DNA of 63,100 nucleotides, filler included, from Octopus bimaculoides (GCF_001194135.2; 5 parts of 4 records of this genome joined end to end with filler, not necessarily neighbours in it); one strand, 5' to 3'; positions 34,801-46,990 are shown, counted from the whole stretch's first letter. A program made the numbers and translations. The notes: generated by a model from the letters alone, not told the origin.

Positions 34801-35921
34801 TTAACTAGCTGCTGCATCTGTGTGATTTTAATTGGTTTACTTTATTCTAGATCTATTCTGACAAATTTTGGTCACTACAAACATTAGGTTAATGTCTTTC
34901 AACTTATTGCTTTTATTGGCTCTGCTTTTATTTCTCAAATAAGCTCTAGCCTTTCAACTGATAAATCCCTTGCAACTTATTAACTGATTTCTACATATTT
35001 CATTGTCTAACCTACATAAATTCACAAATTTATATCTTTAAGTTAACATGGTTTATTACCAATATGGCTTTCATTATTCTAGGGTGCACATTTATTAAGT
35101 CATTTATGCCGATACCATCTTCTTGTTAGTGCATGGACCACTTTCACGCTAATATTTTCTCTATATTTGATTTATCTATTAGCTCTTTTCTTTTTCCTCC
35201 TTATATTTCCTTTCCCTCTCTCTTGTCAAGAATTTTCGCATAGAATTTAGCTAGTCAGTGGATTTCTTTTAAATTATTCTCCTTGTATTATAATTAGATG
35301 AATTTCCATTAAATGATGCTAATATTCTATTGACTTGGTAATATTCTTTCAGAATACTTTTATCAAGATTAAGTGAATGAACAACTGATGCCGAATTTAA
35401 AGCAAAATAGTATAATAAATGGTTTTCAGAGTTGTGCCACCAGATGCCTTTGAATGTATTTTGAAAGGGTCAAATCTCATGCTTGGTATCTACTCTCTGC
35501 TGTATGTGAGTAAATTCAGCCACTACTGGCCTTTATTGACAAAATTGCAAGGATTAATGACTTCTTTAGGATACTCCAGTCTGATTTGGCATGGTTTCTA
35601 TGGCATATGTATATGCATCATGGATTCTCCTATTGTTAGAAAACTTATGTACATATATATACCATAGTTTTCGGTGTATGATCCACGGTTTCTATCAGCT
35701 AAACGGGCAAAAATGGGTCTTATGCAGTTGTTAATACAGGATGCTGTGGATATTTTCAAACTGTTTTCGTTTCTCATGTTTTCTAACCAATTGATCAATT
35801 GATGCCCCATAATTTTGCATGTGTTTATTGTACCCCAATGGGGTATTGCATGGATAAGTTGTAATTTTTGGGCTGCGTGTCGATTGGCAGTGCAGTTCAT
35901 AAAGAATTCATTATCATAATA

Positions 35922-36300
35922 GGTGCAGATGTGACTGTGTAGTAAGAAGCTTGCTCCCCAACCACATAGTTCCGGGTTCAATCCCACTGCGTGGCAGCTT
36001 GGGCAAGTGTCTTCTACTATCACCTCGGGCCGACTAAAGTCTTGAGAGTAGATTTGGTAGACGGAAACNNNNNNNNNNGTCCCCATCCACCACTTGGCAA
36101 CCGCTGTTGGAGTGTTTACATTCCAGTAACTTAGCGGTTCGGCAAAAGACCGAGAGAATAAGTCCAAGGGTTAAAAAGCCCCCTCCAAAAAACAAAAAAA
36201 AAAAACAAGTGCTGGGGTCAATTCATTCAACTAAAAATTCAAGGCGGTGTCCCAGTAGGGCCGCAGTCTAATGACTGAAACAAGTAAAAGAAAAGACAAA
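35922..36300 (+). mobile_element. SINE group A (central microsatellite replaced by an N gap)
   Basis: Head and tail intact on either side of 10 N. Confidence 0.85.
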
Positions 36301-38341
36301 AGATAACTGAAATTTCTAAATCTTAGTAATGATATGTTAAGTAGGAATGATAGAAAGTAGGATTATGAATGAATGAATGGACATTTCCAGGCATTGCAAT
36401 GCAGCATAGAGCCATGCTGTAATTGCAACAATATTATTTTTTTTGGGTTCTGCTAGTTCATGTAAACAACGACGTTTTATAATATTGTAATAACTGGGAA
36501 TAAAGTTTGAAACACGCTGACGTACATTCTAAAAGAAGTTGGTTGAAATAAGTGATCACAACAACGTACATGTTGACTGGTTCTTGTTATTGATGAAAAT
36601 TCAATGTGTCAGCTGACCTGATTTTTGAAGAATTATCCTTGCTATTTTTGGTCAAAACCAGCGACCAGTCATCAAAATAATGACATTCACTGAATGGATG
36701 GAAATAGTCTGAAAATAGTCTGTTGTAAACAGGAACAAAGCTCGCAAACATTTTATAATATATTTAAGTAAAGGTTATGCATGTTTGTGTGTGTGTATGG
36801 GGGTGGTGCACAATGAGAGTTTTTTACTGCCTTTTTGACTTTGAGACAAAATATATTTTTTACAAATGTTCACTCGCTTACAAAAAGTATATTAGTTAAA
36901 CAAATGACCTCTAAATGCATTAAAAGTATTATAAGCATGATCTAATCGCTATTTTAGAAAATTATCGCCGTTCTCTTTGAGCATATAAAAGACAAATTTA
37001 GCTGGGATAAAATGAGGGTAAATTTTGATCCTTTCACCTGCACGATTTTCACTAAAAAACAAAGAAACTTCGGATTTTTTTGCGTGGAACCAAGTACCCT
37101 GACCTCCTAATATGTTGCAAACTCCTTATTTTTGTTCAGAAAAAAAGGGCTCCCCCTCCCCATATCCCAGAATCATTGGAAAAAATTTTTTTTTTCGTTG
37201 AATGAATTCTGGTGACCTCCTAATATGCTACAAGACCCATTTTTTAGTCTGGAAAATGGGGTGGGGTGAGGTGGAAGCCTCGGAAATTTCACCCCCCACC
37301 CCCATTGATCTTTTCTCCTGNNNNNNNNNNNNNNNNNNNNNNNNNNNNNNNNNNNNNNNNNNNNNNNNNNNNNNNNNNNNNNNNNNNNNNNNNNNNNNNN
37401 NNNNNNNNNNNNNNNNNNNNNNNNNNNNNNNNNNNNNNNNNNNNNNNNNNNNNNNNNNNNNNNNNNNNNNNNNNNNNNNNNNNNNNNNNNNNNNNNNNNN
37501 NNNNNNNNNNNNNNNNNNNNNNNNNNNNNNNNNNNNNNNNNNNNNNNNNNNNNNNNNNNNNNNNNNNNNNNNNNNNNNNNNNNNNNNNNNNNNNNNNNNN
37601 NNNNNNNNNNNNNNNNNNNNNNNNNNNNNNNNNNNNNNNNNNNNNNNNNNNNNNNNNNNNNNNNNNNNNNNNNNNNNNNNNNNNNNNNNNNNNNNNNNNN
37701 NNNNNNNNNNNNNNNNNNNNNNNNNNNNNNNNNNNNNNNNNNNNNNNNNNNNNNNNNNNNNNNNNNNNNNNNNNNNNNNNNNNNNNNNNNNNNNNNNNNN
37801 NNNNNNNNNNNNNNNNNNNNNNNNNNNNNNNNNNNNNNNNNNNNNNNNNNNNNNNNNNNNNNNNNNNNNNNNNNNNNNNNNNNNNNNNNNNNNNNNNNNN
37901 NNNNNNNNNNNNNNNNNNNNNNNNNNNNNNNNNNNNNNNNNNNNNNNNNNNNNNNNNNNNNNNNNNNNNNNNNNNNNNNNNNNNNNNNNNNNNNNNNNNN
38001 NNNNNNNNNNNNNNNNNNNNNNNNNNNNNNNNNNNNNNNNNNNNNNNNNNNNNNNNNNNNNNNNNNNNNNNNNNNNNNNNNNNNNNNNNNNNNNNNNNNN
38101 NNNNNNNNNNNNNNNNNNNNNNNNNNATATATATATATATATATATAATTATTTTGAAGATACAGATACCTCTTAAAAAGAGATGTTAACATCGAAATTT
38201 CACCGGTTTAATCTTATATATTGATGAAATATTCAGGAGTTCAGTATTACTTAATACTATTGGTGTTTATTGTTTAATGATAGGCACTAATTAAGTATAT
38301 TATGGAGTTCAATGATTGCTTTTCAGTATATTTCAGTATAG

Positions 38342-38770
38342 TATATAAGAAGAAAAGGTGAATTTTAACAAATAAATATCACTTTATTAACATATCGTCA
38401 ATTCTCTGTTACCTACTATTGTCTCTATACCTAACTCATTCAATTACAAATTAATAAATAGTATTTTGAAAATAGCAAGTTAAATACTTCATCAGGGTGA
38501 GAATTAAACACAAAAGGAATCACATCATAATTGACTGGGTTATCATCAACAGACTCAATATGTCAATGCTGTGATGTGATTCCTTTTGTGTCTAATCCTC
38601 ACCCTGATGAAGTATTTAACTCGCTATTTTCAAAATGCGACTTTAATTTATTAATTTGTAATTGAATGAGTTAAGTATGGAAACAATTGGAGGTAACAGA
38701 GAATTGACAATATGTTAATAAATTGATGTTTATCTGTTAAAACTCTCCAGTTTATTCTTCTTCTTATATA
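38342..38770. repeat. Inverted repeat with arms of about 165-190 bp and a spacer of about 45 nt
   Basis: 38363-38527 pairs with 38572-38742 (e.g. AAATACTTCATCAGGGTGAG / CTCACCCTGATGAAGTATTT); outer TATATAAGAAGAA / TTCTTCTTATATA. Confidence 0.9.
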
Positions 38771-39306
38771 TGTCTATATATACTTGCATTTTCAGATACT
38801 TTCTGTAGAGAGACTTATGATATAAGGATCGACTTTTATCATGTCAATATTCTAGTCATCAATGGCTTACTCTAGAGACAGGAACAAATTGGTCTTGAAT
38901 GAAAATCAAAATGTGAGTTAATCTGAGTCTACTCACATTTGTTCATTTTGAGCAAGAGTGAAATAATGTGCCTTTAACTGTATTTACTCAGCCATTGGAT
39001 TTCTTGGAGGGAGAGATAGACAGAGATGCGAGTCCACCAGTCTGCCTTTGATTTTGGTGGCTTTTTAGTTTTATCATTAGGAAAAAAGCAGGAAATCCTC
39101 GGGCATTCTCGATTCACAGACAGTTTGTTGTCGAATAAAATGAAAGCAAATTGTCTTTAAAAGAATAAAATTGCGATAGAAATCGGAAGTGATGACTGAC
39201 ATGCAAAAATTTAATAAAATGTGTTTGGTATCTTATGGATTGGCTTCCTATGTGAGTTTCAGCAACTTCTATACTCATGAAGGTGTCAATCATTCACTCA
39301 ATTTTG

Positions 39307-39707
39307 GGTAATTTCCTATTTTACATTCTTAAAATCATAGTGATCCAAAAGGTTTATTTCAGTAGAACATTTCATAATTTTAAGTGATATACTCTACGAA
39401 CAGTGACTAAAAAGGTGAGTAAAAATGTTAAACTTATTTTGAAAAGAGTTTCGCCTTGGACACATGAGAATTCTTCAACAGTCCACGACGAGCATACTAT
39501 GCAAGACTCGTCGCTGAATCTGACAAAGCTCGAGCTAGTGTCGTAATTGTATGCCTTTCATTGATTATCAGCTGATCTGTAAGTATTTCGTTGGGATTTA
39601 CAATAAAACGAGGAGCAGCAGGGCGTCCATGAAATATGCTAATTGAGTTGGAATGAAACTGAATATAAAACAAATTCGATTTTACGAACGACAAATAGGA
39701 AATTACT
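39307..39707. mobile_element. Non-autonomous DNA transposon (TIR about 30 bp, 8-bp TSD), copy 1
   Basis: GGTAATTTCCTATTTT...AAAATC / GATTTTACGAACGACAAATAGGAAATTACT flanked by CAATTTTG on both sides. Confidence 0.85.
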
Positions 39708-39932
39708 CAATTTTGTTGATTCAAACGATGACAGCATCCATAGACAGATAATAAAAAGGTTATAGATGCTCGTCAAGAAGAAACTTAGGCAACAATGTGG
39801 GATAAGTGATGATTTATTTCCATCAAGTGTATGTATGGTGAAATAAATTTAGAGACCATGAAAAACCATTCTCCAGTCTCATTTCATGCATCAATGACTG
39901 TGATGTTTTATCGTAAGGTCAGGGTACTTGGT

Positions 39933-40302
39933 GGAAGCGCAATGGCCCAGTGGTTAGGGTAGCGGACTCATGGTCATAGGATCGCAGTTTCGATTCCCAG
40001 ACTGGGTGTTGTGAGTGTTTATTGAGCGAAAACACCTAAAGCTCCACGAGGTTCCGGCAGGGGATGGTGGCGAACCCTGCTGTACTCTTTCACCACAGCT
40101 TTCTCTTACTCTTACTTCCTGTTTTTGTTGTGCCTGTAATTCAAAGGGTCAGCCTTGTCACACTGTGTCACGCTGAATATCCCCAAGAACTACGTTAATG
40201 GTACACATGTCTGTGGAGTGCTCAGCCACTTGCACATTAATTTCACGAGCAGGCTGTTGATCAGATCAACTGGAACCCTCAACGTCGTAGTGCCAACAAC
40301 AA
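39933..40302 (+). mobile_element. Full-length SINE group C (tail type 1) with TSD
   Basis: Same as 23176-23562; 13-bp TSD CAGGGTACTTG(G/A)T. Confidence 0.95.
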
Positions 40303-40584
40303 CAGGGTACTTGATTCCATGCCGTAAGTGAGATTGTTTTCATCTTATATAAGATATACGTACAGATTTCATGCTATATTAAATATATTGGTGAAATTTT
40401 GGTTTAAATACCCCATATAACCCCTCATAACTTAAAAATTTTTTTGGAAATTTCAGAAATTTGTATTCTACATTTGGGAATTCATACGATTATGCAAAAA
40501 AGAAATTTTTGTGGTGTGTCATTTAAGTGCGAATTAGCTGTTATTTTTAGCCCATCTCACAACCACCTGATACTTTTCTCATTT

Positions 40585-40765
40585 CTGTGTCACTCTGGCA
40601 TGTATCGATGTCTTTCGTTCAAATTCCGCCGAGGTCGACTTTGCCTTCCATCCTTTCAGTGTCAACAACGTAAGTACCAGTTGAATACTGAGGGTCGATG
40701 TAATCGATTTATCCCTTCCACGAACTCGCTGGCCTTGTACCAAAATTTGAAATCAATATTTGACA
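40585..40765 (+). mobile_element. SINE group B
   Basis: TTCAAATTCCGCCGAGGTCGACTTTGCCTTCCATCC...GCTGGCCTTGTACCAAAATTTGAAA. Confidence 0.85.
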
Positions 40766-41063
40766 GAATTATGGTTTAGGCACCTCATATAATCCCTCAC
40801 AACTTTATGTTTTTTGGAATTTTCAGAAAAACTTAGCAAATATGTGTTCTGCACATGGGAATTCATATGATTATATATATAAAAAAAATATTTTTTATCC
40901 CCCTCCCCATAAATCCTAAAAGTCACACTCTTTTTTCGAATTTTTTTTTTTTAAATATAAGAGTTTAAAATACGGATAGTTCGAATTTTTTGCTTAAATC
41001 CCAGCAATGGACCACCTCAAAACTCAAGAGCCACATTGAAATTATATTGCTCACGTATAAATA

Positions 41064-41511
41064 TGTAACGCTAGATGTTAGGTTTTTGTGAAGAGTTAGA
41101 GGTTACTAATTGTAACGATAAATGTTTGTTTGTAGCGATGTTAATTTTGTGTAGTTACCAATTGTAACGGTTATAAGATGAACGATGAACAGTGATCGAA
41201 GTTGTAAAGAAATATTTATTTATCGTTACTTTAATAAATGCCATACCACGACGGGTATGCAAGGTAAAGAAAGTTAATTTCGGCCTGTATATGTGTGTAC
41301 ACGTTCTTGTAGTAGTTAACAGACAGTTGTAGGGTGTACGACGTTGTCTCAGCTGCTGGCAGTAAACTTAATTTTCCCCTCTAGCCAAGGTTCTAGCTGG
41401 TCAGCCAGACGTCGTTCTCATTGAGTCGTCACCATGTGACTACACTGGTTGAGTCGTCACCGACTGGTGACTAAACTAAATTTTTCTTGGGATTTCCTTG
41501 CTTTTATAACA
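41064..41511. mobile_element. Possible solo LTR relic
   Basis: Bounded by TGTAACG...TTATAACA, CpG-containing, with internal direct repeats (TGTAACG x3, GAGTCGTCACC x2). No TSD found. Confidence 0.3.
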
Positions 41512-42434
41512 ATCCAGAAGGATAGATATATTATTGAGAACAATGGATTCAGTTGGTGGTCCTGTTATCTCTATTCTAGATGTTCGTGGAGTAGAAGAGG
41601 TTATGAAGGGTCAAGTGGTGAAGACATTGTTTCGGCCTAGCTAAAGGCATCTGGAAAATATTAAACTGCTGTCAGAGAAAAACTATTGTTCCACCGTGGG
41701 AAAAGTTCTGTTGCAGTGTTGATTTAAATTCGGCTATAGTGGATCGAATCCACTTCATGCATGCAAGATCCACTACAAATATTTCAGAATCAAAGAATAT
41801 AACTCGCCGAAATGCGGAAGGTTGTTTTTATTGGAGTGTGTATTCAACGAACCACTAACTCACACCTATCATTCATAATATAGATTTTAAGTTTTTGGTA
41901 ATTCAGATTTTTAAAAATAGTAATGGGTCTCTTGGGAAATACCATGGCTGTCATGGATTTCATTGATGTTGTTCACATGACAGTGTCATTCCTCTTGGAA
42001 TAGTTCCACTTAATTTACATCATATAAAACACTTGCGGAAGGTATGAATTTCCAAGCTTCCTAACGGCTTCCTAGAAATCATTGGAACTATAAACTACTT
42101 TTACTAGGGGGTCATTTTATTTTGTTTGGAAAGAATTTATTTATTTATCATATCTATATTAGTAGATATTAATTTCTAGCATGGGCAAACATTCTCAAAT
42201 TTTAAGCAGTGGATATTGATTTCTTATGCTTAAGAGATCGTATTTAAACACGAGGGAGATTACGTAACATTAATGGTTTTCTCCAATGCATTAGCAGAGT
42301 AAATAAAAGAGAAAATCGTTTCAGTCGGGAATCAGGGCTTGTGAAGTAAAGAGAACTATTGGTTTCCTTTGATTTGGAACAATACCCTAAATATTTTGAT
42401 GTGAAAAACGAGTTGCTGTAATATATTGATTCTG

Positions 42435-42775
42435 CAAGCTGGCAGAATCGTTAGCGCGCCGGGCGAAATGCTTTATGGTATTTCTTCTGCCGTTACGTTC
42501 TGAGTTCAAATTCCGCCCAGGTCGACTTTGCCTTTCATCCTTTCGGGGTCGATAAATTAAGTACCTGGGGTCGATGTATTCGACTTAATCCCTTTGTCTG
42601 TCCTTGTTTAGCCCCTTGTGGGCAATAAAAAAATAAGAATCGTTAGCACGCAGGGTAAAATACTTCGTGGCATTTCGTCAATCTGTACATTTTGAGTTCA
42701 AATAATGCTGAGGTCGACTCTTTCGGGGTCGAGAAAATAAGTAGCAGTTGAGCACTGAGATTAATGTAATCGATT
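42435..42775 (+). mobile_element. Two tandem SINE group B copies; the first has the TTTAGCCCCTTGTGGGCAATAAA tail
   Basis: GCTGGCAGAATCGTTAGCGCGCCGGGCGAAATGC...GAGTTCAAATTCCGCC; the second copy starts GAATCGTTAGCACG at about 42637. Confidence 0.9.
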
Positions 42776-42817
42776 ACACTTTATTGTATAATTCCAGCTG
42801 TTAGTGTGGAAACAAAG

Positions 42818-43200
42818 ACAGGAGTGGCAGTGTGGTAAGTTGTTTGCTTACAAACCACATGGTTCCGGGTTCAGTCTCACTGCGTGGCACCTTGGGAAAG
42901 TGTCTTCTACTATAGCCTCGGGCCGACCAAAGCCTTGTGAGTGGATTTGGTAGACGGAAACTGAAAGAAGCCCGTCGTATATATGTATATGTATATATAT
43001 ATGTATGTATGCTTGTGTGTCTGTGTTTGTCCCCCCCAACATCGATTGATAACCGATGCTGGTGTGTTTACGTCCCCGTAACTTAACGGTTTGGCAAAAG
43101 AGACCGATAGAATAAGTACTAGGCTTACAAAGAATAAGTCCTGGGGTCGATTAGCTCGACTAAAAGGCGGTGCTCCAGCATGGCCACAGTCAAATGACTG
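42818..43200 (+). mobile_element. SINE group A, young
   Basis: Near-consensus copy ending at an N gap. Confidence 0.95.
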
Positions 43201-43476
43201 NNNNNNNNNNNNNNNNNNNNNNNNNNNNNNNNNNNNNNNNNNNNNNNNNNNNNNNNNNNNNNNNNNNNNNNNNNNNNNNNNNNNNNNNNNNNNNNNNNNN
43301 NNNNNNNNNNNNNNNNNNNNNNNNNNNNNNNNNNNNNNNNNNNNNNNNNNNNNNNNNNNNNNNNNNNNNNNNNNNNNNNNNNNNNNNNNNNNNNNNNNNN
43401 NNNNNNNNNNNNNNNNNNNNNNNNNNNNNNNNNNNNNNNNNNNNNNNNNNNNNNNNNNNNNNNNNNNNNNNNNNNA

Positions 43477-43818
43477 TACTCTCTCTTTACTCTTTTACTT
43501 GTTTCAGTCATTTGACTGCGGCCTTGCTGGAGCACCGCCTTTTTAGTCGAGCAAATCGACCCCAGGACTTATTCTTTGGAAGCCTAGTACTTATTCTATC
43601 GGTCTCTTTTGCCGAACCGCTAAGTTACGGGGACGTAAACACACCAGCATCGGTTGTCAAGCGATGCTGGGGGGACAAACACAGACACACAAACATATAC
43701 ACATACATATATATACACATATACGACAGGCTTTTTTTCAGTTTCCGTCTACCAAATCCACTCACAAGGCTTTGGTCGGCCCGAGGCTATAGTAGAAGAC
43801 ACTTGCCCAAGGTGCCAC
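43477..43818 (-). mobile_element. SINE group A, young, slightly 5'-truncated
   Basis: Near-consensus copy, inverted relative to 42818-43200. Confidence 0.95.
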
Positions 43819-44069
43819 ACATGTATGATTTTCTAAGAAAACCGAGATAAATTAATACTGCAGGTTTTCTACAAAATCTCGACGGAGAAAGCTTTGCTTT
43901 TAATTCTTTTAGGGTCAATAAAAGTACCAGTCAAATATTGAGGTTGATTTCTACCACCATTTCCTCCCCGCCTACCTGAATCGACTATATGAACAGACTA
44001 CCGTGAATACAAGAAAGATCGTTAACCTGCTTATGTTACTGTTTGAATAAAGGTGAGGTGACGAGCTGA

Positions 44070-44265
44070 TAAAATCGTTAGCACTCTGGGGGGAAATGGT
44101 TAGCGGCATTTCGTACGTTCTGAGTTCAAATTCCACCGAGGTTGACATAGCATTTCATCCTGTTGGACTCGATAAAATAAGTATTAGTTGAAAACTTGGG
44201 TAGATGTGATCGACTCATCTCTTTTCCCGAAATTGCTGACCTTATGTCAAAATTTGAAGTTGATA
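44070..44265 (+). mobile_element. SINE group B
   Basis: AAATCGTTAGCAC...GTTCTGAGTTCAAATTCCACCGAGGTTGAC...CCTTATGTCAAAATTTGAA. Confidence 0.8.
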
Positions 44266-44349
44266 TTATTGTTTATATGTTTTAATATCTTTCACACTGA
44301 TTCTGTCATTCCAATTTAATTCTTAATCTTTGCCTTTTAGGATAAGGAT

Positions 44350-44545
44350 AGGATAAAGATCCTTCCTGAATCACATAGGACCGGTTTCCTGGTTTCAGAA
44401 GCGTATATATTCCCCACCTGGTCCCTTTTTGCCAGCTGAGTGGACTGGAGCAAAGTGAAATGAAATGTTTTGCTCAAGAACACAACATATCGCTCAGTCC
44501 CGGAATCGAAACCACAATCTTAACTACTGAGTCACACACTTCCAC
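44350..44545 (-). mobile_element. SINE group C (tail type 2)
   Basis: CCGGTTTCCTGGTTTC...TATATTCCCCACCTGG...TTTTGCTCAAGAACAC...GAATCGAAACC. Confidence 0.8.
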
Positions 44546-45050
44546 AATCTTTGCCTTTAACTTTCCGTTTTTCTTATTCATTTACTCTTTGTCTCTTTCT
44601 CCCTTTCTTCCGATTACTCTTAATATTTCTGTCTTTTTTTTATCGTCTGTTTACTTCAATTTCTCTTTCGATAAATTCATTCACTTTCTCCTTCATCTTA
44701 CCTTTTTAATTAACACACATTTGCCCATGTTTTTCACAAACAGTAGGAATCCTTTTCTTCCTTTTTTTTCTTTTACTCATTTCTTTTAATCCTTTTATTG
44801 TTTTGTCTCTTTCTTTTCTCGATAGACGCGGTTGCTCGAACCCATTAGAAGTAGGAATCAAATCTCCCTCAAATTAACATAATACAGACTTAAATATTGA
44901 ACCACGCATTCAAAAATGAAATTCTTGACTGACAAAAAAAAAAAAACGAAGGTAATTTCCTATTTTGACGTTCATAAAATCATGGCGAACCAAAAAGTTT
45001 NNNNNNNNNNNNNNNNNNNNNNNNNNNNNNNNAAAAAAAAAAAAAACGAA

Positions 45051-45507
45051 GGTAATTTCCTATTTTGACGTTCATAAAATCATGGCGAACCAAAAAGTTT
45101 ATTTCAGTAAAACATTTCATAATTATAAATGGAACACACTACGAACAGCGAGTAAAAAAATGAGGGAAAATGTTAGACTCATTTTGAAAAGAGTTTCGCC
45201 CTGGGCCTTGGGTACATGTGATAAATCATGGCGAACCAAAAAGTTTCGCTCTGGGTCCTGGGTACATGTGATATAATTCTTCACCAATCGGGCATACCAA
45301 GCAAGACAAATCGCTGAATCTGACAAAGATCGAGCCAGTGTCGTAATTGTATGCCTTTCGTTGATTATCTGCTGATCCGTAAGTATTTCGTTGGGATTCA
45401 CAATAAAACGAGGAGCAACAGGGCGTCCACGAAATATGCTAATCAGGTTGAAATGAAACTGAAACTAAAACAAATTCGATTTTACGAACGTCAAATGGGA
45501 AATTACT
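45051..45507. mobile_element. Non-autonomous DNA transposon, copy 2
   Basis: Same TIRs and interior as 39307-39707, with an internal duplication of subterminal sequence; degenerate 8-bp TSD AAAACGAA / ATCACGAA. Confidence 0.85.
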
Positions 45508-45571
45508 ATCACGAATTAGACTAGATGATCAAGGCAGGAGCGCCTTTGATCCACAAGTCTGCATCGGGACG

Positions 45572-46002
45572 TACTCTTTTACTTGTTTCAGTCATTTGAC
45601 TGCGGCCATGCTGGAGCACCGCCTTTAGTCGAGCAAATCGACACCAGGACTTATTCTTTGGATGCCTAGTACTTATTCTATCGGTCTCTTTTGCCGAACC
45701 GCTAAGTTACGGGGACATAAACACACCAGCATCGGTTGTCAAGCGATGTTGGGGGGACAAACAGACATACAAACATATACATACATGTATATATACATAT
45801 ATACGATGGGCTTCTTTCATTTTCCGTCTACCAAATCCACTGACAAGGCTTTGGTCGGCCCGAGGCTATAGTAGAAGACACTTGCCCAAGGNNNNNNNNN
45901 NGTCGGCCCGAGGCTATAGTAGAAGACACTTGCCCAAGGTGCCACGCAGTGGGAATGAACCCAGAACCATGTGGTTGGTAAGCAAGCTACTTACCACACA
46001 GT
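45572..46002 (-). mobile_element. SINE group A (contains an assembly overlap across 10 N)
   Basis: Near-consensus; 45853-45891 is repeated at 45902-45940. Confidence 0.9.
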
Positions 46003-46732
46003 CACGTAGTACATATTCTAAAACTGGAAAGGCCCAGAGATTAGCATGCTCTTCTCCGTACCCATTGGACCAGGGCCGACCAAATGATAGTGATGGTAAT
46101 GGGGGGAGGGGCGAAGAAGACTCCTTTCATTGTTCAGTACCTCTTCCTTCTCCTCCTCATCACTCTTATCGTCTGTCTTGCAATCGATTAATGTCCTTTT
46201 TAACCTGAAACCGTAAGTTACCTCAATTATTTCTTATGGAATTTTAAAAAATTATTATGCTTCTAAATATGGTTTAATTTCACATATGTAATAATACAGC
46301 ACGAGATGAAAAAACTTCAATCAATTAAGATTATCCAAACAGTTAAATATTAAGGAAGATAAATAGAGATAAGATAAAGAAAAAAAAATCTCTCTCGCTG
46401 TCTTTTTCTCTCACTGTCTTATCATGTCCCTCTCTTACTCTCTCTTATTATGTCCCTCTCTCTTACTTTCTCTCCTCCTCTCTCACTCTCTTATTATGTC
46501 TCTCTCTTATTTTCTCCCCTCCTCTCTCTCTCTTTCACACGTTTTCTTATTTAATCTGTTTTGTCTTTCATCTCGTGGTGATTTTCTTCTTTTTTTTTTT
46601 GTCCCCCATAATCGCCGCTTTCAAATAACATACTTGCTTGGCAAAGTAAGTGGCTTTGATCTGAGATCGATGTGTTGAAAACGAAACCAGTTGTTAGAAA
46701 ACATCGTGGGAAAATGACTATTTTTATATATA

Positions 46733-46832
46733 NNNNNNNNNNNNNNNNNNNNNNNNNNNNNNNNNNNNNNNNNNNNTTAATTAATTAANNNNNNNNNNNN
46801 NNNNNNNNNNNNNNNNNNNNNNNNNNNNNNNN
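46733..46832. other. Artificial contig/scaffold spacer
   Basis: 44 N + TTAATTAATTAA + 44 N. Confidence 0.95.
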
Positions 46833-46852
46833 ATACATATATATATATATAC

Positions 46853-46990
46853 ACGACGGGCTTCTTTCAGTTTCCGCCGACCAAACTCACTTACAAGGCG
46901 TTTGGTCAGCCCGAGGCTATAGTAAAAGATGTTTGCGCGAAGTGCCAAGCAGGGAAGAAAACTTATTACCACACAGCCACGCCTGCACCT
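46853..46990 (-). mobile_element. SINE group A, 5' half
   Basis: CGACGGGCTTCTTTCAGTTTCCG...CCACACAGCCACGCCTGCACC. Confidence 0.8.

Noticed and set aside
41618-41655. Hammerhead-like GCC...GGC-C-GAAAC-AAT-GTC on the minus strand
   Set aside because: The CUGANGA half of the core and stem I are missing.
44935-45100. Apparent tandem duplication of the transposon left end (also 45853-45940 within a SINE)
   Set aside because: Identical sequence on both sides of a short N gap indicates an unmerged contig overlap.
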